A stretch of DNA of 32,000 nucleotides from Thermodesulforhabdaceae bacterium (GTDB lineage Bacteria > Desulfobacterota > Syntrophobacteria > Syntrophobacterales > Thermodesulforhabdaceae): positions 22,645-54,644 of the forward strand of contig JBBFKT010000003.1 in assembly GCA_037482015.1 (NCBI GenBank), in the 5' to 3' direction. A program made the position numbers and the translations under genes. Below the pieces are notes generated by a model. It had not been told where the DNA came from and searched no databases. It saw only the letters and a program-made list of their open reading frames with translations. The number at the start of each line of letters is the position of its first letter. The first letter of the stretch is position 1. Positions 1 through 8,620 of this stretch are shown piece by piece.

Positions 1-59
1 ACTTTTTTACTGGACAATCTATTAATAGATCGTGTTGCTAAAAAAATTGCCTTTATTTA

Positions 60-800
60 TCAAGGTTTATTATGATTACCTTTATTTTTTTTTACAATCA
101 TAAGAGAAAGATAATGTGGTTTTCTACCCTTCAGTTCCCCTAATTCACAAAAAATCTCCTGATCAGGTAAACCACAGCGGCTGACATAGAAAATTGAAGC
201 GTGAAGAGACTTTTCCTCAAGAGTTTTTATAATTTCTGGCATCTGGCGATATACTTTTAAAAGCACCACCGTATCGCAACATTCCAAAGTTTTATCCAGA
301 TGAGCGGCTCCTCGAGCTCCCGACACGACGGCCATCGATTCTTCCCCCTCTACCACGGGCACATTACAGAAGGAAGCAGCCGCTTGAAACGATGTGATGC
401 CCGGGATTGTCTGGATTGGAACATCTGGATACAAGCTTCGAATCGTTCGCATAATGTAGATGTAAGTGCTGTAAACCAGGGGATCGCCTATAGTGATAAA
501 AGCTACATCTTCTCCCCGAGCAAGTAACTCAATCATTGGCTTACAGTTATCATGCCACGCCTTTTCCAATTCTTGTTGATCGTAGGTCATTGGAAAGGGA
601 AGCGAATAAACATTAGCTTGCGGGGAAAGATAGCTTTTAACAGCTTCAAGAGCCACACTGTAGTCATTTTTGGAAGAAGACGCTGCGAAGATATATGATA
701 CTTTCTGCAATATCCTCACAGCCTTTACAGTCAAAAGCTCTGGATCCCCGGGACCGACTCCGATACCGTATAATGTTCCAAAGTTTGCCATTAATTCCAA
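60..800 (-). CDS. cbiL: SAM-dependent tetrapyrrole methyltransferase, most like precorrin-2 C20-methyltransferase (CbiL/CobI)
   Basis: The N-terminus LYGIGVGPGDPELLTVKAVRILQK is the corrin/porphyrin methylase SAM-binding signature. The ~245 aa length fits CbiL/CobI better than CobA/CysG. The ORF-track start at 800 is TTG, and there is an in-frame ATG at 791. Confidence 0.7.
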   Translation of the reverse strand: MELMANFGTLYGIGVGPGDPELLTVKAVRILQKVSYIFAASSSKNDYSVALEAVKSYLSPQANVYSLPFPMTYDQQELEKAWHDNCKPMIELLARGEDVAFITIGDPLVYSTYIYIMRTIRSLYPDVPIQTIPGITSFQAAASFCNVPVVEGEESMAVVSGARGAAHLDKTLECCDTVVLLKVYRQMPEIIKTLEEKSLHASIFYVSRCGLPDQEIFCELGELKGRKPHYLSLMIVKKNKGNHNKP

Positions 801-824
801 TTAACCCAACTTTAATAAACTGAA

Positions 825-852
825 AGGGCTCGCTCCATATACGGCGAGCCCT
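825..852 (-). terminator. GC-rich stem-loop downstream of the ferredoxin gene (candidate intrinsic terminator or processing hairpin)
   Basis: Perfect 9-bp stem AGGGCTCGC/GCGAGCCCT with a 10-nt loop, 25 nt past the ferredoxin stop. On the - strand it is followed by TTTCAGTTTATT. It lies only about 25-35 nt upstream of the cbiL start, so termination may be partial. Confidence 0.45.
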
Positions 853-876
853 AATTTTCATTTATCCCCCACCTAT

Positions 877-1062
877 TTAGACTTCCTCGACGGTGATAGC
901 TCCTTGCTCGCACACTTCTACACAGCTTTCGCAACCAAGACATTCATCTGCATTTACAGGTTCAGCCTTACCATCGATCATTTCGTAAACGTTCACGGGG
1001 CATACTTCCACACATTCACCGTCACCAGCACACTTGTCTTTGTCAACCGTTACTCTCCACAT
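877..1062 (-). CDS. Small ferredoxin (7 Cys, 4Fe-4S/3Fe-4S type)
   Basis: Cys motifs CAGDGECVEVCP and CLGCESCVEVCE. I place the start at the ATG at 1062, which is preceded by GAGGGAG. The ORF-track start at 1089 is TTG with no obvious RBS. Confidence 0.8.
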   Translation of the reverse strand: MWRVTVDKDKCAGDGECVEVCPVNVYEMIDGKAEPVNADECLGCESCVEVCEQGAITVEEV

Positions 1063-1184
1063 CGATATCGTCTCCCTCTCTGTTTTCAAGACTTCTGTAA
1101 CTCAATCACGCCCACTACCATTTTTTATCTTTCAGCGCTGGTCCTACTGGAAAAATCAACCCCACCAGCTAGCAAAAAATAGCC

Positions 1185-1505
1185 TTATACGCAACCAGTA
1201 GGCTTAGGAAGACCAGCCATCTTACAAGCACCCTTACCAGGTCCAGATGGGAAAAGTTCATAGATTTCTTTGAGCTTATAGCCAGTCAGCTTGGTCAAAA
1301 TTCGAACCATCGGAGCAATACCGTGTTTCTTGTAATAATCCTGGAGGATGTTGATGATCTTCCAATGAGCTTCCGTAAGTTCTTCAATACCTTCAGACTT
1401 CTTCACATACTCGACCCATTCAGGGCACCACTGATCGAAGCTAGAAATGAACCCATCCTCATCAATCTCGAATACTTTGCCTTTGTACTCAATCGTCTTT
1501 GCCAT
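1185..1505 (-). CDS. dsrC: DsrC, dissimilatory sulfite reductase sulfur-carrier subunit
   Basis: 106 aa. The C-terminal arm ...GKGACKMAGLPKPTGCV carries the two conserved DsrC cysteines in the Cys-X10-Cys arrangement. RBS AAGAGGAGG. The gene sits inside a dsr cluster. Confidence 0.93.
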   Translation of the reverse strand: MAKTIEYKGKVFEIDEDGFISSFDQWCPEWVEYVKKSEGIEELTEAHWKIINILQDYYKKHGIAPMVRILTKLTGYKLKEIYELFPSGPGKGACKMAGLPKPTGCV

Positions 1506-1532
1506 ACCTCAACACCTCCTCTTTGTTAAACA

Positions 1533-3029
1533 TCATAATTGATCATCTACAGCGGGGAGAAGGGCTTCCTTGAAGCTCCCCGACTTCATGTTCCCTACCC
1601 TGTAGGACTGGGCTGTCTTCACAAAGCTTTTCGCCCATTCTTTACAGGTCAATGCATGAACATGAGCATACAAAGCTACACAGTTTCTATACACTATTCC
1701 ATCAAATTGTTCAACTATTCCGTGGCCTTTCTGAAGTTTCAGAATAAAACGCACATCCCTATAGCTATCATTCTTCAAAACAGCTCTAGAATAGTGAAAT
1801 TCATGTCCTCTAAAGGAATAGCCTACAGGAAAAAAGGGGTTTTCCTCAACAATTTGTCCTAAGACGTAACCATGTCCCTGAGGCCTCTTATACATTTCTA
1901 CTTCTAAAGGTAACACTCCAACCATAGGGTAAGAACTCTTATCAACTGTAATATATTCGCTAAGATACATAAGCCCACCACATTCGGCATAAACAGGCAA
2001 ACCCCTATCGATAGCTTCTCTTATCTCTGCTTTCAAAACATCGTTTCCTGCCAGAATCTCCGCATAAACCTCAGGGAATCCACCACCAATATATAGCCCA
2101 TCAATATTGGATGGCAAATGCTTATCAGCTAAAGCCGAAAAGAAAACCAATTTCGCTCCAGCCTTTTCAAGAGCTAGTAGATTTTCAGGATAATAAAACT
2201 GAAATGCTTCGTCTCTAATAACCCCTATCACGCAACCTAACTCTTTAGCACTTCGGCTGTCAAAAGATAGAGAAAAATCCACAAATCCTAACCCGCAAGA
2301 TCTTCCCTTTTCCGCAATGGACAAAACCTTTTCTAGATCCACCGAATCCTTAACAATATTACGAGCATAATCGATAGCTTCCCTTACTTTAAAGTGCTCA
2401 AAAGCAGGAATAAGACCGAGATGCCTTTCAGGAAAAAAATTATTGGATAGCCTAGGAATGGAGCCTACAACAGGCACACCACAAGATTCTTCAATCGCTC
2501 GCCTTATGAGAGTCTCCTGCCGAGAGGTCCCTACTCTATTGAGAATCACCCCACTGACTTTCAAATCCTTATCGAAATGTTGGCAACCATAAACAAGAGC
2601 GGCAGAAGTTCTTGTCATTTTAGTAACGTCTATAATGAGAACAACCGGAAGTCCAAGAAGTTTTGCAAGTTCTGCAGTGGAACAGCTTCCTATTTCATCC
2701 AGGCCATCGAAAAGCCCTCGATTACCCTCAACCAGAGCTATATCTGCTTTATTGCTTTGGTAGCAAAAGGAAGCTACAACATCTTCTGGTTTCATAAGAA
2801 ACATATCAAGATTATAACAGGGAGATCCCGCTGCGACAGAAAGCCAGCCTGCATCGATGTAATCGGGACCTTTTTTAAAAGGGACAACTTTGTAACCGAT
2901 CGATTTGAAAGCAGCGGCAAGACCGGTAGAAACAAAGGTTTTACCGGATCCACCTTTAAGTGCGGCAACAACTAGACCAGCAGGATTTAACACGCCAGGA
3001 AAGCATTTCTGTTGCCTCAGTTTTTCCAT
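1533..3029 (-). CDS. dsrN: DsrN, CbiA/CobB-family amidotransferase (siroheme a,c-diamide synthase type)
   Basis: 498 aa. N-terminal P-loop GGSGKTFVSTGLAAAF and a C-terminal glutamine amidotransferase domain with YAECGGLMYL. Position between dsrB and dsrC. Confidence 0.85.
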   Translation of the reverse strand: MEKLRQQKCFPGVLNPAGLVVAALKGGSGKTFVSTGLAAAFKSIGYKVVPFKKGPDYIDAGWLSVAAGSPCYNLDMFLMKPEDVVASFCYQSNKADIALVEGNRGLFDGLDEIGSCSTAELAKLLGLPVVLIIDVTKMTRTSAALVYGCQHFDKDLKVSGVILNRVGTSRQETLIRRAIEESCGVPVVGSIPRLSNNFFPERHLGLIPAFEHFKVREAIDYARNIVKDSVDLEKVLSIAEKGRSCGLGFVDFSLSFDSRSAKELGCVIGVIRDEAFQFYYPENLLALEKAGAKLVFFSALADKHLPSNIDGLYIGGGFPEVYAEILAGNDVLKAEIREAIDRGLPVYAECGGLMYLSEYITVDKSSYPMVGVLPLEVEMYKRPQGHGYVLGQIVEENPFFPVGYSFRGHEFHYSRAVLKNDSYRDVRFILKLQKGHGIVEQFDGIVYRNCVALYAHVHALTCKEWAKSFVKTAQSYRVGNMKSGSFKEALLPAVDDQL

Positions 3030-3063
3030 TGAATTCTCGACAATCCATATCAGATAATTCTTA

Positions 3064-3091
3064 AAGGGGAGGAATTTAACCCTCCCCTTTG
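3064..3091 (-). promoter_or_regulatory. Intercistronic stem-loop between dsrB and dsrN (possible leaky terminator or mRNA-stabilising hairpin)
   Basis: Perfect 10-bp stem AAAGGGGAGG/CCTCCCCTTT with an 8-nt loop, 10 nt after the dsrB stop. On the - strand the GC core is followed by UUUAAGAAUUAU. Confidence 0.45.
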
Positions 3092-3101
3092 TTTCTCTAT
3101 G

Positions 3102-4202
3102 CTAGAACTTAAACTGAGTTGTAGTTCTCCAGGTCGTCATGGCAAGGCGGTAATCATCAATATGTTCATGACGGAATTCAAATCCAGTCTTTTCGAAGAA
3201 CCTCTCCCAACCAATTCGATTAATCCATTCACCGATTCGTTCATAGCGACGAGCATCAGATGCGTAAACTTCAACAATTTTCCGAATTGTTTTCACGACT
3301 GTAGGCCATCTAGGAGGCTCATTAGGAATGTAAGGTACGGCCAGCTTAGAGAACATCGGTGGGACTCGAGAGTTGGACACTTTACCACCAACCCATATCG
3401 CTACACCGTCGCCGTCCTGATCTGCAATTGGAAGAGCCGGACACATAGTGTAGCAGTTACCGCAGAACATGCATCGAGCTTCGTTAATTTCTATGCTCTT
3501 GTATTCTCCAACCTTCTTGGGCTTGATTGCAGCCGTTGGGCAAGCCGCTATAACAAGAGGAATCTCGCAAACATTCTGCACTCGTTCATGTTCTATGAAA
3601 GGCGGCTTACGATGCACACCCAGGATTGCGATGTCAGAGCAATGGACAGCACCACACATGTTCAAGCAGCAAGCGAGAGCAATTCTAACCTGAGCGGGGA
3701 GTTTATGAGAACCAAAATACTCAAATAGATCATCCATCACAGCCTTTACAATACCTGAAGCATCAATAGCTGGTGTATGGCAATGAACCCATCCCTGAGT
3801 ATGAACAATGCTCGTAATGGATGCGCCCGTACCACCGATAGGGAACCAATTGCTGCGACTCTTCAGGTCGTCAATCAGAGGGCGAAGTTTAGACTCATCG
3901 GTTACTAGGAATTCGATGTTGTTTCTAGTAGTCCATCTAAGATATCCATCGCAGTATTTGTCAGCAATGTCGCAAACTTCTCGAATGAAATCAACACTTA
4001 CCAGACGGGATGTTCCGACACGAACAGAGTAAAGCTTCGCACCGGTTTCCGAAACATGAACCAAAACACCAGGCTCGAGAATCTCGTGATATTTCCATTT
4101 CCCGTAATTTTCTTTGACTATGGGTGGGAAAAACTTATCATATTTTGGTGGACCTATATCCGTAAGACGATCTTTCATGATATCATTAGGATCGAAAGGC
4201 AT
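3102..4202 (-). CDS. dsrB: Dissimilatory sulfite reductase beta subunit
   Basis: 366 aa. Siroheme/Fe-S Cys cluster [16 protein letters not shown] and ferredoxin-like insert [22 protein letters not shown]. Immediately downstream of dsrA. Confidence 0.95.
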   Translation of the reverse strand: MPFDPNDIMKDRLTDIGPPKYDKFFPPIVKENYGKWKYHEILEPGVLVHVSETGAKLYSVRVGTSRLVSVDFIREVCDIADKYCDGYLRWTTRNNIEFLVTDESKLRPLIDDLKSRSNWFPIGGTGASITSIVHTQGWVHCHTPAIDASGIVKAVMDDLFEYFGSHKLPAQVRIALACCLNMCGAVHCSDIAILGVHRKPPFIEHERVQNVCEIPLVIAACPTAAIKPKKVGEYKSIEINEARCMFCGNCYTMCPALPIADQDGDGVAIWVGGKVSNSRVPPMFSKLAVPYIPNEPPRWPTVVKTIRKIVEVYASDARRYERIGEWINRIGWERFFEKTGFEFRHEHIDDYRLAMTTWRTTTQFKF

Positions 4203-4238
4203 ATTTACACCTCCTTATTATTGTTGCTAACAACTTCT

Positions 4239-5513
4239 TTACGGCTGATGACGTTCACGATAAGCCTTGGCGTCACGTGTCCATCCTCCAGGCACATCCG
4301 CTGGGTCGTAGAAAATGTAAGGATTGTATCTCGGCGTATTGATCATACGTGGATCTGGCTGCAACCCAACAGCGTTAAGGAACTCTCTCAGTCCAAGACG
4401 CTGAATAAGTTCACCGAGTCGTTCCCTGTTCTTCCCGTGCTCCATCCACCAATCCCACATTCTCCCAACAAATTCATGGAATTCTTCATAGGGAGGTTCC
4501 ATCTTCATGAACGGAATCACTACGCTAGAAAGCTGAGCACCTTCAAGAATGGGGGCTTTTGCTCCAACCAGAATTGTAGCGCCTACATCTTCACCCGGGC
4601 GGAGAGCTCTGGGCATGATATTGATGCAGTGCATACAACGAACACAATCTTCATCATATATCTTCAGATTCTTTCCGTCCCATTCCATGCACTTCGTTGG
4701 GCACTTGTCAATTACTTCCGCCTGGATATCAAGAGGTCTTTTTTCTGGACCATCGGCTCCACCATGGGGTACGAGTTCACCACCAACGTAGGCTCTAACA
4801 GCTTCCTGATCAATTCTTATCTTATCTCGCCATGTTCCAATAATAGAGCAGTCAGCGCGGGCTATAGCTGCAACACAGTCGTTTGGACAACCGGAAGCCT
4901 TGAATTTGAACTTATATGGGAACATGGGACGATGCAACTCATCCTGATATCTCATTGTTATATCATAAATAATGTCCTGCGTATCGATACAGGACCATTC
5001 ACACCTTGCTTTACCAACACATCCCTCAGGTGTTCTCATGTTAGATCCGGAGCCACCAAGATCCATACCAAGTTCATGGGTAAGTTCGTAGAAGATCGGC
5101 TCAAGTTGATCAGTTGTGGTGCCAAGCAAAATAATGTCACCGGTGGAACCGTGAAAGTTGAAAAGACCACTTCCTTTTCCTTCCCAGATATCACAAAGCT
5201 TGCGAAGAACATCAGTCTTGTAGAACTTGCTAGCCGGCTGGTTAACACGCATAGTATGGAAGTGAGCCACATTAGGAAACAGGTCAGGTCTGTCGCAATA
5301 ACGACCTATAACTCCACCTCCGTAACCGAATACACCGACAATACCACCGTGTTTCCAGTGTCCTTCCTTGTCCTTATAAGACAATTCGAGCAATCCCAAG
5401 AGATCATCACATTCAGGTTTTCTTTCTGCAACACGCTTAATGTCAGTTACAAAGCTCGGCCAGGGCCCCTTGGTTAGCTCATCAAGCATAGGGGTTTTGT
5501 GCTTTAACGCCAT
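4239..5513 (-). CDS. dsrA: Dissimilatory sulfite reductase alpha subunit
   Basis: 424 aa. Motifs KASGCPNDCVAA and the ferredoxin-domain CVRCMHCINIMP. The N-terminus ...DELTKGPWPSFV is typical of reductive-type DsrA. RBS AGGAGG. Confidence 0.95.
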   Translation of the reverse strand: MALKHKTPMLDELTKGPWPSFVTDIKRVAERKPECDDLLGLLELSYKDKEGHWKHGGIVGVFGYGGGVIGRYCDRPDLFPNVAHFHTMRVNQPASKFYKTDVLRKLCDIWEGKGSGLFNFHGSTGDIILLGTTTDQLEPIFYELTHELGMDLGGSGSNMRTPEGCVGKARCEWSCIDTQDIIYDITMRYQDELHRPMFPYKFKFKASGCPNDCVAAIARADCSIIGTWRDKIRIDQEAVRAYVGGELVPHGGADGPEKRPLDIQAEVIDKCPTKCMEWDGKNLKIYDEDCVRCMHCINIMPRALRPGEDVGATILVGAKAPILEGAQLSSVVIPFMKMEPPYEEFHEFVGRMWDWWMEHGKNRERLGELIQRLGLREFLNAVGLQPDPRMINTPRYNPYIFYDPADVPGGWTRDAKAYRERHQP

Positions 5514-5551
5514 ACACTTACCTCCTTTAGACTCATCTCTGTCACCACCCT

Positions 5552-5794
5552 TTACACCATTCCTTCTTCCTCTTTCTTCACATCATCAACTCCTGGGAGC
5601 ATATACATAGTCGTACTCCCGCTTGTCCAATAACGGAGTCTTCCTTCACTAACCAGTTCATTAATAAGTTTCTTGGCTTCCCTCATGTTGATTTCAGGCA
5701 CAGCTTTACAAAGATCATTAAAATAATGTTTGGTCTTTTTCTGTTCCTTCAACCAGTTAATGATACGTTCTTTAGCTTCTTCTTTGCTACTCAT
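5552..5794 (-). CDS. dsrD: DsrD, small winged-helix protein of the dsr system
   Basis: 80 aa. YFNDL...REAKKLINELV...YWTSGSTTMYMLPG matches the DsrD signature as I recall it from Desulfovibrio (YFNDF...YWSSGSTTMYGL). RBS GGAGG 6 nt upstream of the ATG. Confidence 0.9.
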   Translation of the reverse strand: MSSKEEAKERIINWLKEQKKTKHYFNDLCKAVPEINMREAKKLINELVSEGRLRYWTSGSTTMYMLPGVDDVKKEEEGMV

Positions 5795-5920
5795 GGCTGG
5801 CCTCCATTTTGTTCAACCGCCACACATAATTTATTCATCCCACCCCACGGCGGGCACACCCTTCCAGTAAACATTTCACAGCAAAAGTGAATTTCTTCAC
5901 CATTTCTTCTCTCGTAAGAC

Positions 5921-5950
5921 TTTATACCCACGGTGATTTTACCTTGTCAA
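5921..5950 (-). promoter_or_regulatory. Candidate sigma-70 promoter for dsrD-dsrAB
   Basis: The minus strand reads TTGACA-N18-TATAAA (+ strand tgtcaa at 5945-5950, tttata at 5921-5926). This implies a leader of about 115-120 nt before the dsrD ATG at 5794. Confidence 0.5.
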
Positions 5951-6113
5951 CCACAAATTCCAAAAAATTAGTGGTTTCTTTCTTGTGCTGAATAGCCACT
6001 TTCTTCACAAACTACCTTCAATCAAAAACCGTTTCCACTTGACCGTGACTCTCTAAAACATTAGCGTTATAAGTTGGTAAAAAAATCTGTAGCTAGCAAG
6101 GAAAGGAGAAAAC

Positions 6114-6710
6114 ATGGCAACTCATGAAGTTTCAGATCTCGATCAATACATACGCTACCTAAAGGAGAGGCTTTTTTTCGAACCAGAATCGGCAACCTTT
6201 CATTACAATCTGGGGCTCGCCTATATGAGAAAGGGACTCAAAGAAGAAGCTGTATCAGAATTCCTTCAGGCTATTGAGTATGATCCCAGGCTGGCTCAAG
6301 CTTACGTTAACCTGGCAGGTATATTTTTTCAGGACGGCAAATTGGACGAATGTATAAGTTATAACGAAAAAGCTCTTGAGATTGACCCAACTATCCCAAT
6401 GCCATACAACAACCTGGGTTTTGTTTATCTCCAAAAAGGACTTTACGAAAAAGCGGTAGAAATGTGCAAAAAGGCGGTCGAGCTCATGCCTAACCTTCTT
6501 CAGGCTCACCACAACCTTGGCATAGCCCTTCTCCACCTAAACCGCCTGGAGGAATCGGCACAGGCTTTCCTAAAGGTGATAGAACTTCGCCCCGACTTCG
6601 CTTCTGCCTATTACCACCTATCAGTAGTTTACGAATCAATGGGAGAAAACACAAAAGCCCAAACCTACCGCGAAAAAGCAATTCAGCTTGGTTTCCCAAT
6701 TGAGGAGTGA
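6114..6710 (+). CDS. Tetratricopeptide-repeat (TPR) protein
   Basis: 198 aa made of repeated 34-aa units (e.g. FHYNLGLAYMRKGLKEEAVSEFLQAIEYDP, AYVNLAGIFFQDGKLDECISYNEKALEIDP). RBS AAGGAAAGGAG. Confidence 0.85.
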   Translation: MATHEVSDLDQYIRYLKERLFFEPESATFHYNLGLAYMRKGLKEEAVSEFLQAIEYDPRLAQAYVNLAGIFFQDGKLDECISYNEKALEIDPTIPMPYNNLGFVYLQKGLYEKAVEMCKKAVELMPNLLQAHHNLGIALLHLNRLEESAQAFLKVIELRPDFASAYYHLSVVYESMGENTKAQTYREKAIQLGFPIEE

Positions 6711-6713
6711 AAA

Positions 6714-7232
6714 ATGGAAATATCTAAAGATACTGTGGTTACAATAGAATACACCGTTCAAATCGATGACGGATCTTACGTCAAAGGATCCCCAGATCAG
6801 CCGGTCTCCATGTATTTCACCGTCGGTTACGACCAGATCCTTCCAGCCCTTGAAGCTAGACTCTACGGATTAAAAGAAGGAGATGAAACATCTTTTTCAA
6901 TTCATGCCGAAGAAGCCTTTGGTCTTTACAAAAAGGAACTCCTTAAACGAAGAAGCTTTGAAGAATTCCCTCAAGGTAGAACTCTTTCGCCGGGTAAATG
7001 GGTTATAGCAACCGATCCGTCAACAAAAGCCCAATATGCCTACAAGGTGGTAGAAAAAACGGATCATGACGTCCTTTTAGACTTTAATCATCCTTTGGCT
7101 GGTAAGAATTTGTTATACAAAGTAAAAATAGTTAAGGTGCGTCCTGCAACAAAGGAAGAACTTGCTTTTATTCGTCCCTGTGAGTTCGACGATAAGAAGG
7201 ATACTCAATCCACACAAGGGGGTTTTTTATGA
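6714..7232 (+). CDS. slyD: FKBP-type peptidyl-prolyl cis-trans isomerase, SlyD-like
   Basis: 172 aa. The N-terminal VVTIEYTV...DG pattern, the insert-in-flap region and DFNHPLAGKNLLYKVKIVKV are typical of SlyD/FkpA-type FKBPs. There is no His-rich tail. RBS GAGGAG. Confidence 0.8.
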   Translation: MEISKDTVVTIEYTVQIDDGSYVKGSPDQPVSMYFTVGYDQILPALEARLYGLKEGDETSFSIHAEEAFGLYKKELLKRRSFEEFPQGRTLSPGKWVIATDPSTKAQYAYKVVEKTDHDVLLDFNHPLAGKNLLYKVKIVKVRPATKEELAFIRPCEFDDKKDTQSTQGGFL

Positions 7233-7747
7233 ATAAAATTTTGTTAGCCATAATGGCTATTATCATGGCGGGGTGCTGGGCGCAAAACATACCGCCTAGT
7301 CCGTCAAAAAACATCGAAAGTGGAGCAAAGCCGGTTATAAGCGACAGTTACCTAACTCCAAACATTCTTTCCAACATGATTCTCCCCATCTATGTTGAAG
7401 CCCAGGACCCAGACGGCAATATGGCAGGTATATGGTTTACAATTACTCAGGTAGGGGTCAACCCGGATTCAACTCATTACATAGCTCTAACCCCTGCTGA
7501 TCGTAAGACTTTCAAGGGTTTCGTAACCATCGACATCCCTCGACTCGAAACAAACGAGCGGCTTCGTATTGAAATGGCAGTTGTAGATCAAAATGGGCTA
7601 AAAAGTAATACCGTAACAAAAGAAGTTCTAATTGGGTTTTCTTATCCTGTCCCACCCCCGGAAAAATGGAAGTCCCCAGAAACTCATAAACTGGGACATA
7701 TCTTTTTTGAATTTCTAAAAGATCGAGAATTTGAAAGAAGAGACTGA
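7229..7747 (+). CDS. Predicted lipoprotein of unknown function
   Basis: Signal peptide MNKILLAIMAIIMAGC with a lipobox-like MAGC. The start overlaps the slyD stop (ATGA), which implies translational coupling. The body has a beta-rich pattern and I recognise no family. Confidence 0.65.
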   Translation: MNKILLAIMAIIMAGCWAQNIPPSPSKNIESGAKPVISDSYLTPNILSNMILPIYVEAQDPDGNMAGIWFTITQVGVNPDSTHYIALTPADRKTFKGFVTIDIPRLETNERLRIEMAVVDQNGLKSNTVTKEVLIGFSYPVPPPEKWKSPETHKLGHIFFEFLKDREFERRD

Positions 7748-7767
7748 ATAAACATCGGGAGGTTAGC

Positions 7768-8589
7768 ATGCCTTTCTGCGATGACGGTGAACGAAGAATC
7801 TACTACGAAGTTTCTGGTTCGGGAAGTCCACTTCTATTTATAAGTGGTCTAAGCGGGGGGAGTTGGTCATGGTATCAGCAACGTCCATTCTTTGAAGCAT
7901 TTTATACAGTCATAGTTTTCGACAATCGAGGAGCTGGTAAATCCTGGATGCCGCCAGGTCCTTACACAATGGATCAAATGGCTGAGGATGCTCTAGCCTT
8001 ACTTGATCATTTGGAAATCAACAAAACCCATGTGGCAGGAATATCCATGGGTGGCATGATCGCTCAGCAGCTTGCGGCAACTCATCCGGATCGAGTATCA
8101 GCTCTGGTGCTTGGATGCACTCATTGTGGAAAAAGCAGGCGTATTGCTCCCGCCCGTGAAGTGCTCGATCGTCTCTCCTCTCAGGAAGGCTTATCACCAG
8201 AAGAAATAGTCGAAAAAAACATCCCCCTTCTATTTGGCGAAAAGTGTCGAAAAGAACATCCGGAGATTGTGGACGAATATAAAAGAAAGACTCTTTCGGC
8301 TCCCATTCAGCCGTTCGAAGCTTTCCAGGCTCAACTTATCGCTATCAATAGATTTAATGTATGCGATATTCTGTATAGAATTACATGTCCAACCCTTATT
8401 ATCACCGGAAAAGATGACATTCTTGTTCCTCCACAGAATTCCAAAGTTCTTGCAGAACTTATACCTAACTCACAACTTGTGGAACTGGACGGCATAGGAC
8501 ATGCTATACATCTCGAAGCCACAGAGACTTTCAATGAGCTAGTTTTAGAGTTTCTACGTCAAGTAGAAAAATCAATTGGTCAAGCTTGA
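7768..8589 (+). CDS. Alpha/beta-fold hydrolase
   Basis: 273 aa. Nucleophile elbow GISMGG, a later GKDDILVP (Asp) and GIGHAIHLE (His). RBS GGGAGG. Confidence 0.85.
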   Translation: MPFCDDGERRIYYEVSGSGSPLLFISGLSGGSWSWYQQRPFFEAFYTVIVFDNRGAGKSWMPPGPYTMDQMAEDALALLDHLEINKTHVAGISMGGMIAQQLAATHPDRVSALVLGCTHCGKSRRIAPAREVLDRLSSQEGLSPEEIVEKNIPLLFGEKCRKEHPEIVDEYKRKTLSAPIQPFEAFQAQLIAINRFNVCDILYRITCPTLIITGKDDILVPPQNSKVLAELIPNSQLVELDGIGHAIHLEATETFNELVLEFLRQVEKSIGQA

Positions 8590-8620
8590 ACAGAGGGTGT
8601 TCTAAAAAACTCCGTAATCG

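Noticed and set aside
17-30. Perfect 14-bp AT-rich palindrome ATCTATTAATAGAT downstream of cbiL
   Set aside because: One or two such palindromes are expected by chance in 32 kb. It sits at the window edge with no interpretable context.
3099-3728. A 209-aa + strand ORF antisense to dsrB
   Set aside because: The explanation is the same as above: it is in the codon-aligned antisense frame of a biased gene. The sequence is implausible and has no RBS.
4056-5477. A 473-aa ORF on the + strand running antisense across the whole of dsrA, the dsrA-dsrB spacer and into dsrB
   Set aside because: It is in the codon-aligned antisense frame: both dsrA codons and this ORF start at coordinates divisible by 3. 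Its stop codons would therefore correspond to sense TTA, CTA and TCA codons. Their absence over ~410 dsrA codons fits strong codon bias in a very highly expressed gene. The translated sequence is hydrophobic and low-information, with no RBS or recognisable motif.
5875-5891. TTCAC-N7-GTGAA inverted repeat in the dsr leader as a Rex or CRP/FNR operator
   Set aside because: The half-site orientation is the reverse of the Rex (TGTGAA-N6-TTCACA) and CRP (TGTGA-N6-TCACA) sites. A 5-bp inverted repeat is within chance expectation. It is kept only as a note in the promoter finding.
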